Below, piece after piece: positions 25,983 through 36,925 of a stretch of 64,000 bases of DNA. The stretch spans positions 113,047-177,046 of the forward strand of contig CBFIHZ010000002.1 in the NCBI GenBank assembly GCA_965662545.1, written 5' to 3'. How positions within the stretch are numbered: the first letter of the stretch is position 1; each line of letters begins with the position of its first letter. Made by a program: the position numbers and the translations under genes. Origin of the DNA: an uncultured Rhodobacteraceae bacterium. Its GTDB lineage: Bacteria; Pseudomonadota; Alphaproteobacteria; Rhodobacterales; Rhodobacteraceae. The notes below the pieces were generated by a model. It saw only the letters and a list, made by a program, of their open reading frames with translations. It did no database searches and was not told the origin of the DNA.

Positions 25983-26234
25983 TTAGTCGGTTGTCTCTGG
26001 GGCTTTGGTTGTCAGGGCCAGCGCATGCAACTGTCCGTTCGAGCCCTCCATCTGAGTTTTTAAAGCAGCATAAACAGCGCGTTGTTGCTGCACGCGGTTT
26101 TTACCGCGAAAACTTTCGTCGATCACCTCGGCAGCATAGTGATTCCCGTCTCCCGCCAAATCAGTTATCGTGATGCTGGCTGTTGGAAATTGCGCGCGTA
26201 TCAGGTCTTCTATTTCTTTGGCTTCGATGGCCAT
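25983..26234 (-). CDS. BolA-family protein
   Basis: Internal ATG at 26234 is preceded by AGGAA. The product MAIEAKEIEDLIRAQFP...GDGNHYAAEVIDESFRGKNRVQQQRAVY has BolA-like features. Conserved pairing with grxD. Confidence 0.8.
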   Translation of the reverse strand: MAIEAKEIEDLIRAQFPTASITITDLAGDGNHYAAEVIDESFRGKNRVQQQRAVYAALKTQMEGSNGQLHALALTTKAPETTD

Positions 26235-26300
26235 GGCGGTATTCCTAGTGGTTTGTAGAACAACAGTAGACCTCACATCTGTGGCCTGCAAGCCACCAGA

Positions 26301-28460
26301 TCAAGTGAAAAGATCATAAAACGTTGCAGTATAAATTGCGCGCATCTCCTCGAGGGGGGCCTCACGGCTACCGAACTTTATGGTTTGCCCTGAAAACCGG
26401 CCAATGCTTGCAATCGCGACATCAAGCTGACCCGCAGCAATCATCAGCGCCTCGGCCTGATCAAAGTTGCATGCCACCAGATACCGCGCTTGGTCTTCGC
26501 CAAATAATTGTGCACAATCTTCGGTTTCCAGCTGAACACCAACATCACCAGCTTCGGCCATCTCAAAGGCGGCCAGAGCCAGCCCGCCGTCAGAAAGGTC
26601 GGTGCAGGCGCGGATGTTGTCGCGGTTGTCGAGAATAAACTGACCGTTGCGGCGTTCAGCGCTTAGATCAACACTTGGGGCATCTCCATCGGTCCGGTTA
26701 AAAACCTCGGCCAATAACGCCGATTGACCTAAATGACCATCACTGTGACCGATCAGCAATGCAAGGTGTCCGTCACGGGCCACCCCGTCGATCGGGTCTT
26801 GTTGGGCTTCGATCAACCCAACCGCACCAATGGTTGGCGTCGGCAAAATGGCAGTGCCATCGGTTTCATTATACAAAGATACATTGCCAGAAACGATTGG
26901 CATATCCAATGCGGTGACGGCTGCAGAAATACCTTTGATCGCCCCGACAAACTGGCCCATGATCTCGGGCTTTTCAGGATTGCCAAAATTCATATTATCA
27001 GTGGTGGCCAATGGTTTCGCCCCCACGGAAATCAGGTTGCGATAGGCTTCTGCCACCGCTTGTTTACCTCCCTCGAAGGGGTTGGCCTGCACATAACGCG
27101 GCGTGACATCACTGGTGAAAGCCAATGATTTTTCGCTGCCATGCACCCGCACGATGCCTGCGCCTAAGCCGGGCGCCCGCAGAGTATCAGCCATTACAGT
27201 GCTGTCATACTGGTCGTAGACCCAATGTTTGGCCGCGTAGTTGGGGCTGTTTAAAAGCGCCTTGAGACCGTCGATGGGATCAATTTGTGGCACGCTTTGC
27301 AAGTCTACGGCAGTCGGGGTTTCCACCCAAGGACGATCATATTCCGGCGCGGTACCCGACAGGGCCTTTAGCGGCAGATCGGCTTCGATTTTGCCGTTCA
27401 GCTCAATCAAAAAACGGTCTTCTGCAAGCGTGTGTCCGACAATGGCAAAATCCAGATCCCATTTGTCAAACACCGCTTTGGCCACGGCTTCTTTATCGGG
27501 ATCCAGTACCATCAGCATACGTTCTTGGGATTCCGATAACATCATTTCATAGGCCGTCATATTGGCTTCACGGGTGGGTACGTTTTCCAAAATAAGATGC
27601 ACACCAAGATTGCCTTTGTCACCCATCTCAACCGCCGAACAGGTAAGTCCTGCGGCGCCCATGTCTTGGATAGAGATCACGGCACCGGTTTGCATCAGCT
27701 CCAGACAAGCTTCCATCAGACGCTTTTCAGTAAACGGATCTCCGACCTGTACTGTGGGGCGTTTCTCTTCGATCGTATCGTCAAACTCGGCGCTGGCCAT
27801 CGTGGCGCCACCGACGCCGTCGCGGCCGGTCTTAGCACCCAGATATACCACAGGCATGCCTACACCCGAGGCAGCAGAGTAAAAAATCTTGTCAGAGTCA
27901 GCCAGACCTGCTGCAAATGCATTGACCAGACAATTGCCGTTATAGGCCGGATCGAACCGAACCTCACCGCCGACAGTCGGTACGCCAAAGCAATTGCCAT
28001 ACCCACCGATTCCTGAAACCACCCCGTGTACCAACTGCTTGGTCTTGGGATGGTCCGTGGCACCGAAAGACAGCGAATTCATCGCCGCTATGGGGCGTGC
28101 ACCCATGGTGAATACATCACGCAAGATGCCGCCCATGCCGGTCGCCGCCCCTTGATAGGGTTCAATATAAGACGGGTGGTTATGACTTTCCATTTTGAAC
28201 ACTACCGCCTGCCCATCACCGATATCCACCACACCTGCGTTCTCTCCGGGTCCGCAAATCACCTGAGGCCCGGTAGTTGGCAGGGTGCGCAACCAGCGCT
28301 TGGACGATTTATACGAGCAGTGTTCGTTCCACATCGCAGAGAATATGCCGAGTTCGGTAAAGCTGGGTTCACGATCCAGCAAGCGGATGATTTCTGCATA
28401 TTCGTCGGAGTTTAATCCATGGGCGGAAATCAGATCTTCACTAATGGCGGGTTGGGTCAT
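26301..28460 (-). CDS. purL: Phosphoribosylformylglycinamidine synthase subunit PurL
   Basis: Start taken at [16 protein letters not shown] (28460). Strings [39 protein letters not shown]. Confidence 0.93.
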   Translation of the reverse strand: MTQPAISEDLISAHGLNSDEYAEIIRLLDREPSFTELGIFSAMWNEHCSYKSSKRWLRTLPTTGPQVICGPGENAGVVDIGDGQAVVFKMESHNHPSYIEPYQGAATGMGGILRDVFTMGARPIAAMNSLSFGATDHPKTKQLVHGVVSGIGGYGNCFGVPTVGGEVRFDPAYNGNCLVNAFAAGLADSDKIFYSAASGVGMPVVYLGAKTGRDGVGGATMASAEFDDTIEEKRPTVQVGDPFTEKRLMEACLELMQTGAVISIQDMGAAGLTCSAVEMGDKGNLGVHLILENVPTREANMTAYEMMLSESQERMLMVLDPDKEAVAKAVFDKWDLDFAIVGHTLAEDRFLIELNGKIEADLPLKALSGTAPEYDRPWVETPTAVDLQSVPQIDPIDGLKALLNSPNYAAKHWVYDQYDSTVMADTLRAPGLGAGIVRVHGSEKSLAFTSDVTPRYVQANPFEGGKQAVAEAYRNLISVGAKPLATTDNMNFGNPEKPEIMGQFVGAIKGISAAVTALDMPIVSGNVSLYNETDGTAILPTPTIGAVGLIEAQQDPIDGVARDGHLALLIGHSDGHLGQSALLAEVFNRTDGDAPSVDLSAERRNGQFILDNRDNIRACTDLSDGGLALAAFEMAEAGDVGVQLETEDCAQLFGEDQARYLVACNFDQAEALMIAAGQLDVAIASIGRFSGQTIKFGSREAPLEEMRAIYTATFYDLFT

Positions 28461-28762
28461 AATTTGGTGGCGCTCCCATGGCAGATATAGCGCCTGTCTT
28501 AAAACAATGCGCTCGGGCATGGAAGGGGCCGGCTTACTTGATCTGTGTTTGAGACCGGTTTTATTATTCGGTACCGACTGAAAATACCGAGGTGGCATAT
28601 TGGTGGCAATCGTGGATGTTTAAGGCGGTGCGTTGGTGTCTGGATATGATGAGTGTCAACACACAGGTTTTAGCCGAGTGTGTGTGCATTGATCGCCTGC
28701 GCAAACGCTTGACTGTCAAATAGCAAGCTCTGGCCTGACACTTCCAAGAGCACGACCAGCGC

Positions 28763-28791
28763 AAAAAAAAGGCCGAGCGCGAGGCTCGGCC
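28763..28791 (-). terminator. Canonical intrinsic terminator on the minus strand (GGCCGAGC ctcgc GCTCGGCC + T8)
   Basis: Read directly. 8-bp GC-rich stem, 5-nt loop and a run of 8 T on the minus strand. Located about 200 nt downstream of the lysR stop and about 300 nt upstream of purL. Confidence 0.7.
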
Positions 28792-28907
28792 AAGTCCAAC
28801 AGGGAGAAATGAAAACGCACATCAAATAGACGCCGCTGCTTTCAGGTGCTTCATAATTGAACATTTGAGTAACGCCTAGTGCAAAAAACCCTCTCACAGG
28901 GTATGAC

Positions 28908-28928
28908 CGCTATGCATTAAATGCATAG
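28908..28928. repeat. Perfect 21-bp palindrome GCTATGCATTAAATGCATAGC
   Basis: Read directly. 10-bp arms around a single central base. Lies 59 nt downstream of the lysR stop. Confidence 0.8.
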
Positions 28929-28986
28929 CTTGGACGTCAATCCGTTACTGGGGCGTCACAAACTTAGGCGGCGTGCACTAAAGGTT

Positions 28987-29889
28987 TCACGCGTCCTGAT
29001 CGCGTTGTTTGCGTCGAGTGGCCAATATCTCAGCTTCGACAAAATCGCGAAATGCCGCGATGCGTTTTGATTGCCGCAGCTCTTCGGGATAAGCGAGGTA
29101 AACCGGCACCTCAACCGACTCAACGTCAGGCAATACACGGATAACACTTCTTAAATCCTGAGCAGAGTAATCTGGCAACATTCCGATACCAAGCCCGTGA
29201 ATCACAGATTGCAGTACCCCAAAGTAATTATTGACAGTGAGCATGGAGCTGACGTTGTAGGTCATCAATCGCTGCACCAAAGCCAAGCCAGACGCGACCT
29301 GTGCTGAGCGTGGATTTTGGCAGATAAGCCGATGTTTCGAGATATCTTCGATCCGTTCCGGCATGCCGTGTTTTGCGATATACTCAGGTGAGGCATACAG
29401 ACGCATGCGAATGTTCATCAGCCTTTTACGAACCAAATCCGCTTGGCTCGGCTCTTTCATGCGAATCGCAACATCGGCCTCTCGCATCGGCAGGTCGAGC
29501 ACTTTTTCCTCAAGCATCAGGTCAATTGTCAGATCGGGATAGAGATCGTAGAGTTTTGACAGGCGCGGGGCCAACCAAAGCGAGCCAAAGCCAGTTGTTG
29601 TGGTAACCCGCAACTCTCCGAACACTTCTTCTTCACTGTCGCGGATACGGGCTGCGGCCGCATCAAGCCGTTTGGTCATCGCAACGGTGGCATCAAACAA
29701 CAACTCACCCTGCTCGGTCAGAATAAGACCTCTGGCATGGCGATGAAACAGCGTCGTATTCAAGCTGTCTTCCAATGCCCTGATCTGCCGGCTGACTGCG
29801 GATTGTGACAAATGCAAGGTATCGCCGGCGTGTGTCAGACTACCAGCATCTGCCACAGCATGAAAAATTCTTAATTTATCCCAATCCAA
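28987..29889 (-). CDS. LysR-family transcriptional regulator
   Basis: N-terminal wHTH MDWDKLRIFHAVADAGSLTHAGDTLHLSQSAVSRQIRALE. 300 aa. Divergent from the indolepyruvate oxidoreductase gene. Confidence 0.9.
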   Translation of the reverse strand: MDWDKLRIFHAVADAGSLTHAGDTLHLSQSAVSRQIRALEDSLNTTLFHRHARGLILTEQGELLFDATVAMTKRLDAAAARIRDSEEEVFGELRVTTTTGFGSLWLAPRLSKLYDLYPDLTIDLMLEEKVLDLPMREADVAIRMKEPSQADLVRKRLMNIRMRLYASPEYIAKHGMPERIEDISKHRLICQNPRSAQVASGLALVQRLMTYNVSSMLTVNNYFGVLQSVIHGLGIGMLPDYSAQDLRSVIRVLPDVESVEVPVYLAYPEELRQSKRIAAFRDFVEAEILATRRKQRDQDA

Positions 29890-29998
29890 ACCTATACCTG
29901 CTTACTAAGTTATAAGACGTCACAGATGTTACCAAAAACCTAACGCATCATTAAGCTGTGGTTGCTACAAAGTAAATAAATTGATAGATTTGTATACA

Positions 29999-30015
29999 GG
30001 TCAACACATTTGACC
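29999..30015. promoter_or_regulatory. Dyad GGTCAA-N5-TTGACC containing a T-N11-A LysR-type motif
   Basis: Read directly in the divergent lysR/ior intergenic region, about 70 nt upstream of the ior start. Confidence 0.4.
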
Positions 30016-30083
30016 TTAATATGGCTATTGCTTGCGCTAGAAATGGGGTTCAGCAAGAGGTCACAGGCCATGAGGCACGCAGA

Positions 30084-33000
30084 ATGACCGATCAGAGAGT
30101 GTCGTTAAACGACAAATATGATTTAGAAAAAACTTCTGTTCTGCTTAACGGAACTCAGGCGCTTGTGCGTTTGATGTTGATGCAAAAAACACGCGACATG
30201 GCGGCCGGGTTGAACACCGCCGGCTATGTCAGTGGCTATCGTGGATCGCCTCTGGGGGCAGTTGATATGCAGATGGTGCGCGCGCAGGCTGCGCTGAACG
30301 CCTCTAATGTCCGCTTTGATCCCGGTCTGAACGAAGATCTGGCCGCGACAGCCCTTTGGGGAACCCAACAGGCCGAACTGCGGGGCGAGGGTAAATATCA
30401 GGGTGTGTTCGGGCTGTGGTATGGCAAGGGGCCGGGCGTGGATCGCTCGGGTGACGTGATGCGGCACGCCAATATGGCGGGCACCTCCTGCCATGGCGGG
30501 GTGGTTATGGCGATGGGGGATGACCACACCGGTGAGTCCTCGACTGTCTTGCACCAATCAGAATTTGCTATGGTCGATGCCTATATGCCGGTGGTCAGCC
30601 CAGCGGGTGTTCAAGAGGTGCTGGATTTTGGCTTGTACGGCTATGCGCTATCGCGCTTTGCCGGAGTGTGGGTCGGTCTCAAAACGATGAAAGATACAAT
30701 TGAGGCAACGGCGGTGGTCAACGGCGACCCGCACCGGCTTGATTTTATCCACCCAAAGTTAGATTTGCCTGAGGATGGACTAAATATTCGCCTGCCTGAC
30801 ACACCGCATGATCAGGAATTTCGTCTGGTTAATTTCAAGCGACAAGCGGCCGAGGCGTTTTCTTACGCCAATAAGATGGACCGTCGGGTCTGGGGAAAAG
30901 CCGGCGCCAAGATTGGATTCGTTGCAGCCGGAAAAAACTGGCTAGATCTGGCCCATGCGCTGTCACTTTTGAACATTGATGAACCCGAAGCACAGCGGTT
31001 GGGGATCAGCACCTATAAGGTTGGTCAGACCTGGCCGCTGGATACCAGAGGTTTGTCAGAATGGGCAGACGGTCTTGATTTAATTGTTGTGGTTGAGGAA
31101 AAGCGCAAGCTGATCGAGGTGCAGATCAAAGAAGCATTATTTGATGATCGGCGCGGCACCCGCGTCTTTGGGGCCCGCAAAGGCGCAAGCGAGGAAGTTT
31201 TATTTGCAATCCATGGGGCGCTAGACCCGTTTTTAATTGCCGAAAAACTTGGCGAAATCTTGATTGATGAAAACTGTGCCACCGAGGGTGTCAATGCAGG
31301 GCTTGCGGCGCTGCGTGATGCAAAGCGCGCCGATAATGCGGAGGATCTGGCTGCCAGATTGCCATATTTTTGTGCCGGCTGTCCGCATAACACCTCGACC
31401 AAAGTGCCTGAGGGCAGTCGCGCCTATGCCGGCATCGGCTGCCATTATATGGCACAGTGGATGGATCGTGAAACCTCAGGCTATACCCATATGGGTGGCG
31501 AAGGCGCCAACTGGATCGGCGAGGCCCCTTTTTCAAACCGCAGCCATGTGTTTCAAAATCTCGGTGATGGCACCTATAATCATTCAGGAATTCAAGCCAT
31601 TCGTGCGGCGGTAGCCGCGGGTACAACCGTCACTTATAAAATACTTTACAATGATGCTGTGGCAATGACCGGCGGGCAGGGCAATGACGGTGGGCTAGAT
31701 GCGCCACGTATTGCCAGTGAATTGCTGGCTATGGGTATTGCCAAGGTCGCCTTGGTACATGACCAGAAAGAAGACATTGATCTGGCGCGCTTTCCAAGTG
31801 GTTTGGCGGTGCATGAACGCGGTGAGATGGACGCGGTGCAAAAAACCTTTTCCGGCTATGATGGGGTCTCGGTTATCTTGTATCTGCAGACCTGTGCCGC
31901 CGAAAAGCGCCGCAGACGCAAGCGTGGCAAATTCCCCGATCCGGACAAACGGGTGTTTATCAACACCGACATCTGCGAGGGGTGTGGCGATTGCGGTGTG
32001 CAATCAAACTGTGTGGCGGTCACTCCGGTCGAAACCGAGTTGGGGCGCAAACGGGCGATTGATCAATCTGCCTGCAATAAAGATTTCAGCTGTGTTAAAG
32101 GCTTTTGTCCGTCTTTCGTAACGCTGCAGGGCGCGCAGATCCGCAAGTCTCAGACCGCGCAGCTTGATTTGCCCCAGATGCCCGAACCGGTTTTGCCCAA
32201 CATCGACGGTACCTTTAATGTGGTGGTCACCGGGGTGGGTGGCACCGGGGTCGTGACCATCGGCGCAGTTTTGGCGCAGGCGGCTCAGATCGATGGCAAG
32301 GGTGCAGGCATGATGGAAATGGCCGGGTTGGCGCAAAAGGGCGGTGCGGTCCATATCCACTGCCGTCTTGCCAACCGGCCGGAAGATATCACTGCGATAC
32401 GGGTTGCCACCGGTGAATGTGACGCGCTGATAGGCGGCGATCTGGTGGTGAGTGCGGCGGCGAAAACGCTGGGGTTGACCAAGGTCGGTCGCACCGGTGC
32501 TGTGGTTAATGCCCATGACATCGTCACGGGTGAGTTTACCCGCGATACCGAGTTTTCGATCCCAACCGACCGGCTGAGCCTTGCGCTACAGGCCCGGTTG
32601 CAGGATCGGGTGCAGTTGTTGGACAGCACCGAACTGGCCCGGATCACCATGGGCGACTCGCTTTATTCAAACATGCTGATCTTCGGCGCGGCTTGGCAGC
32701 GTGGGCTTTTACCGATCACGCTGGACGCACTGCGACAGGCAATCGCGTTGAACGGAGCGGCGGTTGATAAGAATTTGCGTGCGTTTGATATCGGACGTTG
32801 GTCGGCATTGTTTCCTGACGACGCTGCGGCGTTGATCGCGCCATCTGTGGTCAAATTACCCCAGACCCTGAATGAAAAAATAGCCGTCCGGACCAAGCAT
32901 TTGCAGGCCTATCAAGGTGCACAGCTCAGTCGACGCTATGTCCGCATGCTGGAGCGCACTGCGGATCCTGAGCTTAAACTTGCGCTGGCCAAAGGCTATC

Positions 33001-33491
33001 ATAAACTACTGGCCTATAAGGATGAATACGAGGTGGCGCGCCTGCATCTTGGCACTTACGCCAAAGCATCGGAAACCTTTGAGGGGCCGTTCGAGATGAC
33101 TTTCCACTTGGCGCCGCCTCTGCTGTCAAAAAACGGTAGTGACGGACGTCCGCAAAAACGCAGCTTTGGCCCATGGATGTTGGGGCCGTTACGGGTGCTA
33201 TCCGCGCTGCGGGTGTTGCGTGGCACTGCTCTGGACCCGTTCGGCTACACCGCCGAGCGGCGGATGGAGCGGGCACTGATTGCCCAATATGAAGAAGATA
33301 TGGCTGCGATACTTCCGGTCGTGACCCCTGCCACGCATGAAATTGCTGTCGCATTGGCGAATTTGCCTTTGGATATTCGCGGGTTCGGTCCGGTGAAACA
33401 AGCCAATGAGATAAAGGCCGGCAAACGGCGCAAGGAATTGCTCGCAGCCTTTCACCGCAGCGGGGGTGATCTGGCGCAAGCAGCGGAATAA
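30084..33491 (+). CDS. Indolepyruvate/2-oxoacid ferredoxin oxidoreductase, fused alpha-beta type
   Basis: Start at ATG 30084 (GAGG upstream). About 1135 aa. Ferredoxin-like CEGCGDCGVQSNC. TPP-type region GIGCHYM...GGEGANWIG. Confidence 0.85.
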   Translation: MTDQRVSLNDKYDLEKTSVLLNGTQALVRLMLMQKTRDMAAGLNTAGYVSGYRGSPLGAVDMQMVRAQAALNASNVRFDPGLNEDLAATALWGTQQAELRGEGKYQGVFGLWYGKGPGVDRSGDVMRHANMAGTSCHGGVVMAMGDDHTGESSTVLHQSEFAMVDAYMPVVSPAGVQEVLDFGLYGYALSRFAGVWVGLKTMKDTIEATAVVNGDPHRLDFIHPKLDLPEDGLNIRLPDTPHDQEFRLVNFKRQAAEAFSYANKMDRRVWGKAGAKIGFVAAGKNWLDLAHALSLLNIDEPEAQRLGISTYKVGQTWPLDTRGLSEWADGLDLIVVVEEKRKLIEVQIKEALFDDRRGTRVFGARKGASEEVLFAIHGALDPFLIAEKLGEILIDENCATEGVNAGLAALRDAKRADNAEDLAARLPYFCAGCPHNTSTKVPEGSRAYAGIGCHYMAQWMDRETSGYTHMGGEGANWIGEAPFSNRSHVFQNLGDGTYNHSGIQAIRAAVAAGTTVTYKILYNDAVAMTGGQGNDGGLDAPRIASELLAMGIAKVALVHDQKEDIDLARFPSGLAVHERGEMDAVQKTFSGYDGVSVILYLQTCAAEKRRRRKRGKFPDPDKRVFINTDICEGCGDCGVQSNCVAVTPVETELGRKRAIDQSACNKDFSCVKGFCPSFVTLQGAQIRKSQTAQLDLPQMPEPVLPNIDGTFNVVVTGVGGTGVVTIGAVLAQAAQIDGKGAGMMEMAGLAQKGGAVHIHCRLANRPEDITAIRVATGECDALIGGDLVVSAAAKTLGLTKVGRTGAVVNAHDIVTGEFTRDTEFSIPTDRLSLALQARLQDRVQLLDSTELARITMGDSLYSNMLIFGAAWQRGLLPITLDALRQAIALNGAAVDKNLRAFDIGRWSALFPDDAAALIAPSVVKLPQTLNEKIAVRTKHLQAYQGAQLSRRYVRMLERTADPELKLALAKGYHKLLAYKDEYEVARLHLGTYAKASETFEGPFEMTFHLAPPLLSKNGSDGRPQKRSFGPWMLGPLRVLSALRVLRGTALDPFGYTAERRMERALIAQYEEDMAAILPVVTPATHEIAVALANLPLDIRGFGPVKQANEIKAGKRRKELLAAFHRSGGDLAQAAE

Positions 33492-33565
33492 ACTCACGTG
33501 TTATAAAATTATTAGGTTCAGATAATATTGCCGACTTATGATGGTGGGACAATAAAGGAAACGAC

Positions 33566-34450
33566 ATGAGCCGGGAACGTCACGCCGCGCAGGATATAAG
33601 CTATGCAAATTCCGCAGAAAGTATGCCGGGTCAGACGGTTGTAAAGCTGTTGGAAAATGCCACCGGGCGTTTGACATTGATCAAACGCGCGCGCGGGTAT
33701 CAAGACGAGGTGGCGCGCGGCCGTGATTTCTGGCAGGTCATTGTAGAAAGGTATGGGCTTTCTTTGAACATTGTTGGCGGGTCGATTGACCAAATCCCGA
33801 AAACTGGTCCGGTTATTTTAATTGCAAACCATCCCTATGGCATTCTCGACGGGCTCATGCTGGGTCATATTCTGTCGTTGGTGCGGGAAGATTTTCGCAT
33901 TCTGGCCCATACAGTGTTTCAAAAATCTGATGAATTGAAACAATGCATTTTGCCTGTGTCCTTTGAGGAGACAAAACAGGCGATGCGCGACAACCTCACA
34001 ACCCGCAAGCAGGCATTGGATTTTTTGGCTGATGATGGCGCGATTGGCATTTTCCCAGGTGGAACGGTGTCAACCGGTCGCACTTTGTTTGCCAGACCGA
34101 TAGATCCGAGTTGGCGTACATTTACCGCAAGGATGATTGCCAAATCAAACGCAAAGGTTGTGCCTATCTTTTTTGACGGTCACAACGGCCGAATATTCCA
34201 GATGGCGAGCCACCTGCATCAAACGCTGCGGTTGGGCTTGCTGATGCAGGAATTTCGTAAACGTATTGATTCCCCCGTCCGCCTGGTGATCGGCGACCCG
34301 ATCCCGCAACAGCAATTGCAAGCCCGCAGTAAAGATGCGTCGGCATTGATGGATTATCTTCGAAAAGCAACTTATGATCTTTCTCCGGTGCCTTTTGATG
34401 ACTATGACTATGGTTATGAATTTGAAGACCGTCATAAAAAACAAACTTAG
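33566..34450 (+). CDS. Lysophospholipid (PlsC/OlsA-like) acyltransferase family protein
   Basis: HX4D acyltransferase motif in [13 protein letters not shown], and FPGGTVS block. Confidence 0.7.
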   Translation: MSRERHAAQDISYANSAESMPGQTVVKLLENATGRLTLIKRARGYQDEVARGRDFWQVIVERYGLSLNIVGGSIDQIPKTGPVILIANHPYGILDGLMLGHILSLVREDFRILAHTVFQKSDELKQCILPVSFEETKQAMRDNLTTRKQALDFLADDGAIGIFPGGTVSTGRTLFARPIDPSWRTFTARMIAKSNAKVVPIFFDGHNGRIFQMASHLHQTLRLGLLMQEFRKRIDSPVRLVIGDPIPQQQLQARSKDASALMDYLRKATYDLSPVPFDDYDYGYEFEDRHKKQT

Positions 34451-34461
34451 AAAGATCCGTA

Positions 34462-35274
34462 ATGGCCGTTGGTATATTTGATTCTGGCCTTGGTGGCTTG
34501 ACCGTTCTTGACGCAGTGGCCAACCGCATGCCCGAGGTGCCCTTTGTGTATTTTGGTGACAATTCACATGCGCCATACGGCGTGCGCACGGCAGAGGATA
34601 TTTATGATTTGACCACACGGGCTGTTGAATGTCTGTGGGAAAACGGCTGTGATCTGGTGATTTTGGCCTGCAACACAGCCTCGGCGGCAGCTTTGCGCCG
34701 GATGCAGGAAAGCTGGTTGCCCCCTGAAAAGCGCGTTTTAGGGGTCTTTGTGCCATTGATTGAGGCGCTGACTGAAAGGCAGTGGGGCGACAACTCGCCA
34801 CCCCGGCAGGTGGCGGTCAAACACGTTGCGCTATTTGCCACACCGGCGACTGTCTCAAGCCGTGCTTTCCAGCGTGAACTGGCGTTTCGGGCCATCGGGG
34901 TGGATGTTGAGGCGCAATCTTGCGGCGGGGTTGTCGACGCGATCGAAGAGGGTGATCTGATCTTGGCAGAGGCTTTGGTGCGCTCACATGTGGACGCACT
35001 CAAGCGCAAGATGCCCAAGCCCGATGCCGCCATTTTGGGATGCACGCATTATCCGCTGATGGAACAGGTTTTCAAAGACGCCCTCGGACCTGCAGTGCAG
35101 GTTTATTCGCAGGCTAGGCTTGTATCTGAAAGCCTAGCGGATTATCTGGACAGACACCCAAGTATGCTCGGGGCGGGTCAACAGTCGAGGTTTATCACCA
35201 CCGGAAACCCGCGACAGGTGTCTGACAACGCAACCCGGTTCCTAAAACGAGAGATTACATTTGATCTTCTGTGA
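34462..35274 (+). CDS. murI: Glutamate racemase
   Basis: [32 protein letters not shown]. Confidence 0.92.
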   Translation: MAVGIFDSGLGGLTVLDAVANRMPEVPFVYFGDNSHAPYGVRTAEDIYDLTTRAVECLWENGCDLVILACNTASAAALRRMQESWLPPEKRVLGVFVPLIEALTERQWGDNSPPRQVAVKHVALFATPATVSSRAFQRELAFRAIGVDVEAQSCGGVVDAIEEGDLILAEALVRSHVDALKRKMPKPDAAILGCTHYPLMEQVFKDALGPAVQVYSQARLVSESLADYLDRHPSMLGAGQQSRFITTGNPRQVSDNATRFLKREITFDLL

Positions 35275-35355
35275 ACCGGCACCGTGAATGGTCGCATCAA
35301 ACGGGGCTTAAATCGGCAGGGGATGAGCTTTAATATATCCCGATAAGAGGCTATA

Positions 35356-36384
35356 ATGACGTATAAAATTGCAATTTTGGGCGCATCTGGCTATACTGGC
35401 GCAGAACTGATAAGGCTGCTGGCTACCCACCCCAGCTTTTCCATTGCAGCGCTGGGAGCCGAGCGCAAAGCCGGCCAACCACTGGCGCAGGTCTTCCCGC
35501 ATCTGCGGCATCTTGATCTGCCGTTACTGGTGAAGACCGAAGAGATTGATTTTAGTCAGATTGATCTTTGTTTTTGCGCGCTGCCGCATAAAACCTCTCA
35601 AAATATTATTGCCGGATTGCCGGCCGATCTTAAGATTGTTGATCTCAGCGCTGATTTTCGCCTGCGTGACCCCGCGCAATACGAGGCGTGGTACGGCGAG
35701 AGCCATGATGCACCGGCCCTTCAGAAAGAAGCGGTTTATGGCCTGACGGAGTTTTACCGAGATGAGATTATCTCTGCCCGTTTGGTGGCGGGAACTGGCT
35801 GCAATGCCGCGACCGGCCAATACCTGTTGCGGCCATTGATCGCCGGCGGTCTGATCGATCTTGATGACATTATTCTTGATTTAAAATGTGCTGTGTCCGG
35901 CGCCGGGCGTGCGCTGAAAGAAAACCTGCTGCATGCGGAGTTGTCTGAAGGGTATCACGCCTATGCGCTCGGGGGCACACACCGGCACCTGGGCGAGTTT
36001 GACCAAGAGTTTACTGCCCTCGCAGGACGTCCGGTGAAAATTCAATTCACCCCGCATCTTGTGCCTGCAAATCGCGGCATTCTTGCCACTGGCTACGTCA
36101 AAGGCGCTCCGGACGCCATCCACAGCGCCCTGCAAACGGCCTATGCAAACGAGCCGTTTGTCGAGGTTTTAGACTTTGGTCAAACCCCAAGCACACGGCA
36201 CGTGCGGGGCTCGAATTTTTGCCACATCGGGGTGACGGCCGACCGTATTGCGGGGCGTGCCATTGTCATTGGTGCGCTCGACAATCTGACCAAAGGCAGC
36301 AGTGGTCAGGCCTTACAGAATGCAAATTTAATGTTGGGCGTGCCCGAAACATCGGGCCTAATGCTGGCGCCGTGTTTCCCCTGA
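35356..36384 (+). CDS. argC: N-acetyl-gamma-glutamyl-phosphate reductase
   Basis: [22 protein letters not shown], active-site region [21 protein letters not shown]. Confidence 0.92.
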   Translation: MTYKIAILGASGYTGAELIRLLATHPSFSIAALGAERKAGQPLAQVFPHLRHLDLPLLVKTEEIDFSQIDLCFCALPHKTSQNIIAGLPADLKIVDLSADFRLRDPAQYEAWYGESHDAPALQKEAVYGLTEFYRDEIISARLVAGTGCNAATGQYLLRPLIAGGLIDLDDIILDLKCAVSGAGRALKENLLHAELSEGYHAYALGGTHRHLGEFDQEFTALAGRPVKIQFTPHLVPANRGILATGYVKGAPDAIHSALQTAYANEPFVEVLDFGQTPSTRHVRGSNFCHIGVTADRIAGRAIVIGALDNLTKGSSGQALQNANLMLGVPETSGLMLAPCFP

Positions 36385-36391
36385 GCGCACC

Positions 36392-36835
36392 ATGAAAGGG
36401 TTGAAAAAAACACGGCGGATTCAAGTTATTATTGCCAGCGCGGTTTTATTGGCGCTGGCCACGGGCTTGATTGGTTTTGCGCTGAAAGATGGCATCAACC
36501 TGTTTCGTGCCCCAAGCCAGGTCTTGGCAGATCCACCATCCCCGAATGAAGTGTTTCGGTTGGGCGGTCTGGTGAAACAGGGATCTCTGGTTCGGGGGGA
36601 TGCACTCGCGGTCTCATTTTTGGTGACTGATGGCGCCGAAGAAATCGCCGTGACATATAGTGGTATTCTGCCTGATTTATTTACCGAAAATCAGGGGATG
36701 ATTGCCATGGGCCGTTTTGACAACGGCGTGTTCACAGCCAGTGAAATTCTCGCAAAACACGACGAAGACTATATGCCCAAAGAGGTTGTCGACGCGTTGC
36801 GCGAACAGGGCATGTATCAAAACCCCGAGCAATAA
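36392..36835 (+). CDS. ccmE: Cytochrome c maturation haem chaperone CcmE
   Basis: N-terminal anchor, RLGGLV, haem-binding LAKHDEDYMPKE. Confidence 0.92.
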   Translation: MKGLKKTRRIQVIIASAVLLALATGLIGFALKDGINLFRAPSQVLADPPSPNEVFRLGGLVKQGSLVRGDALAVSFLVTDGAEEIAVTYSGILPDLFTENQGMIAMGRFDNGVFTASEILAKHDEDYMPKEVVDALREQGMYQNPEQ

Positions 36836-36925
36836 TCGCACCCGCGACCTTAAGGCACGACCCCAAATGCAAAAAATAGCCAATAAAGATTGGCGATGGG
36901 GCAAATGCCATCTATGTCTGTGCGT

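Noticed and set aside
28670-28897. 75-aa minus-strand ORF between lysR and purL
   Set aside because: It would have to be translated through a canonical GC-rich hairpin plus T8 terminator (28763-28791). Its apparent TM segment is simply that hairpin read as codons. I treat the region as a non-coding or sRNA candidate instead.
32974-33567. 197-aa minus-strand ORF, plus several 100-170-aa ORFs in 30123-33497
   Set aside because: All are antisense or out of frame within the 3.4-kb indolepyruvate oxidoreductase gene. None has an RBS or a recognisable domain.
34145-34801. 218-aa ORF on the minus strand (and the nested 141-aa ORF 34164-34589)
   Set aside because: Antisense to the acyltransferase and murI genes. 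The translation is Arg/Pro/Gln-rich with no motif, so it is a shadow ORF.
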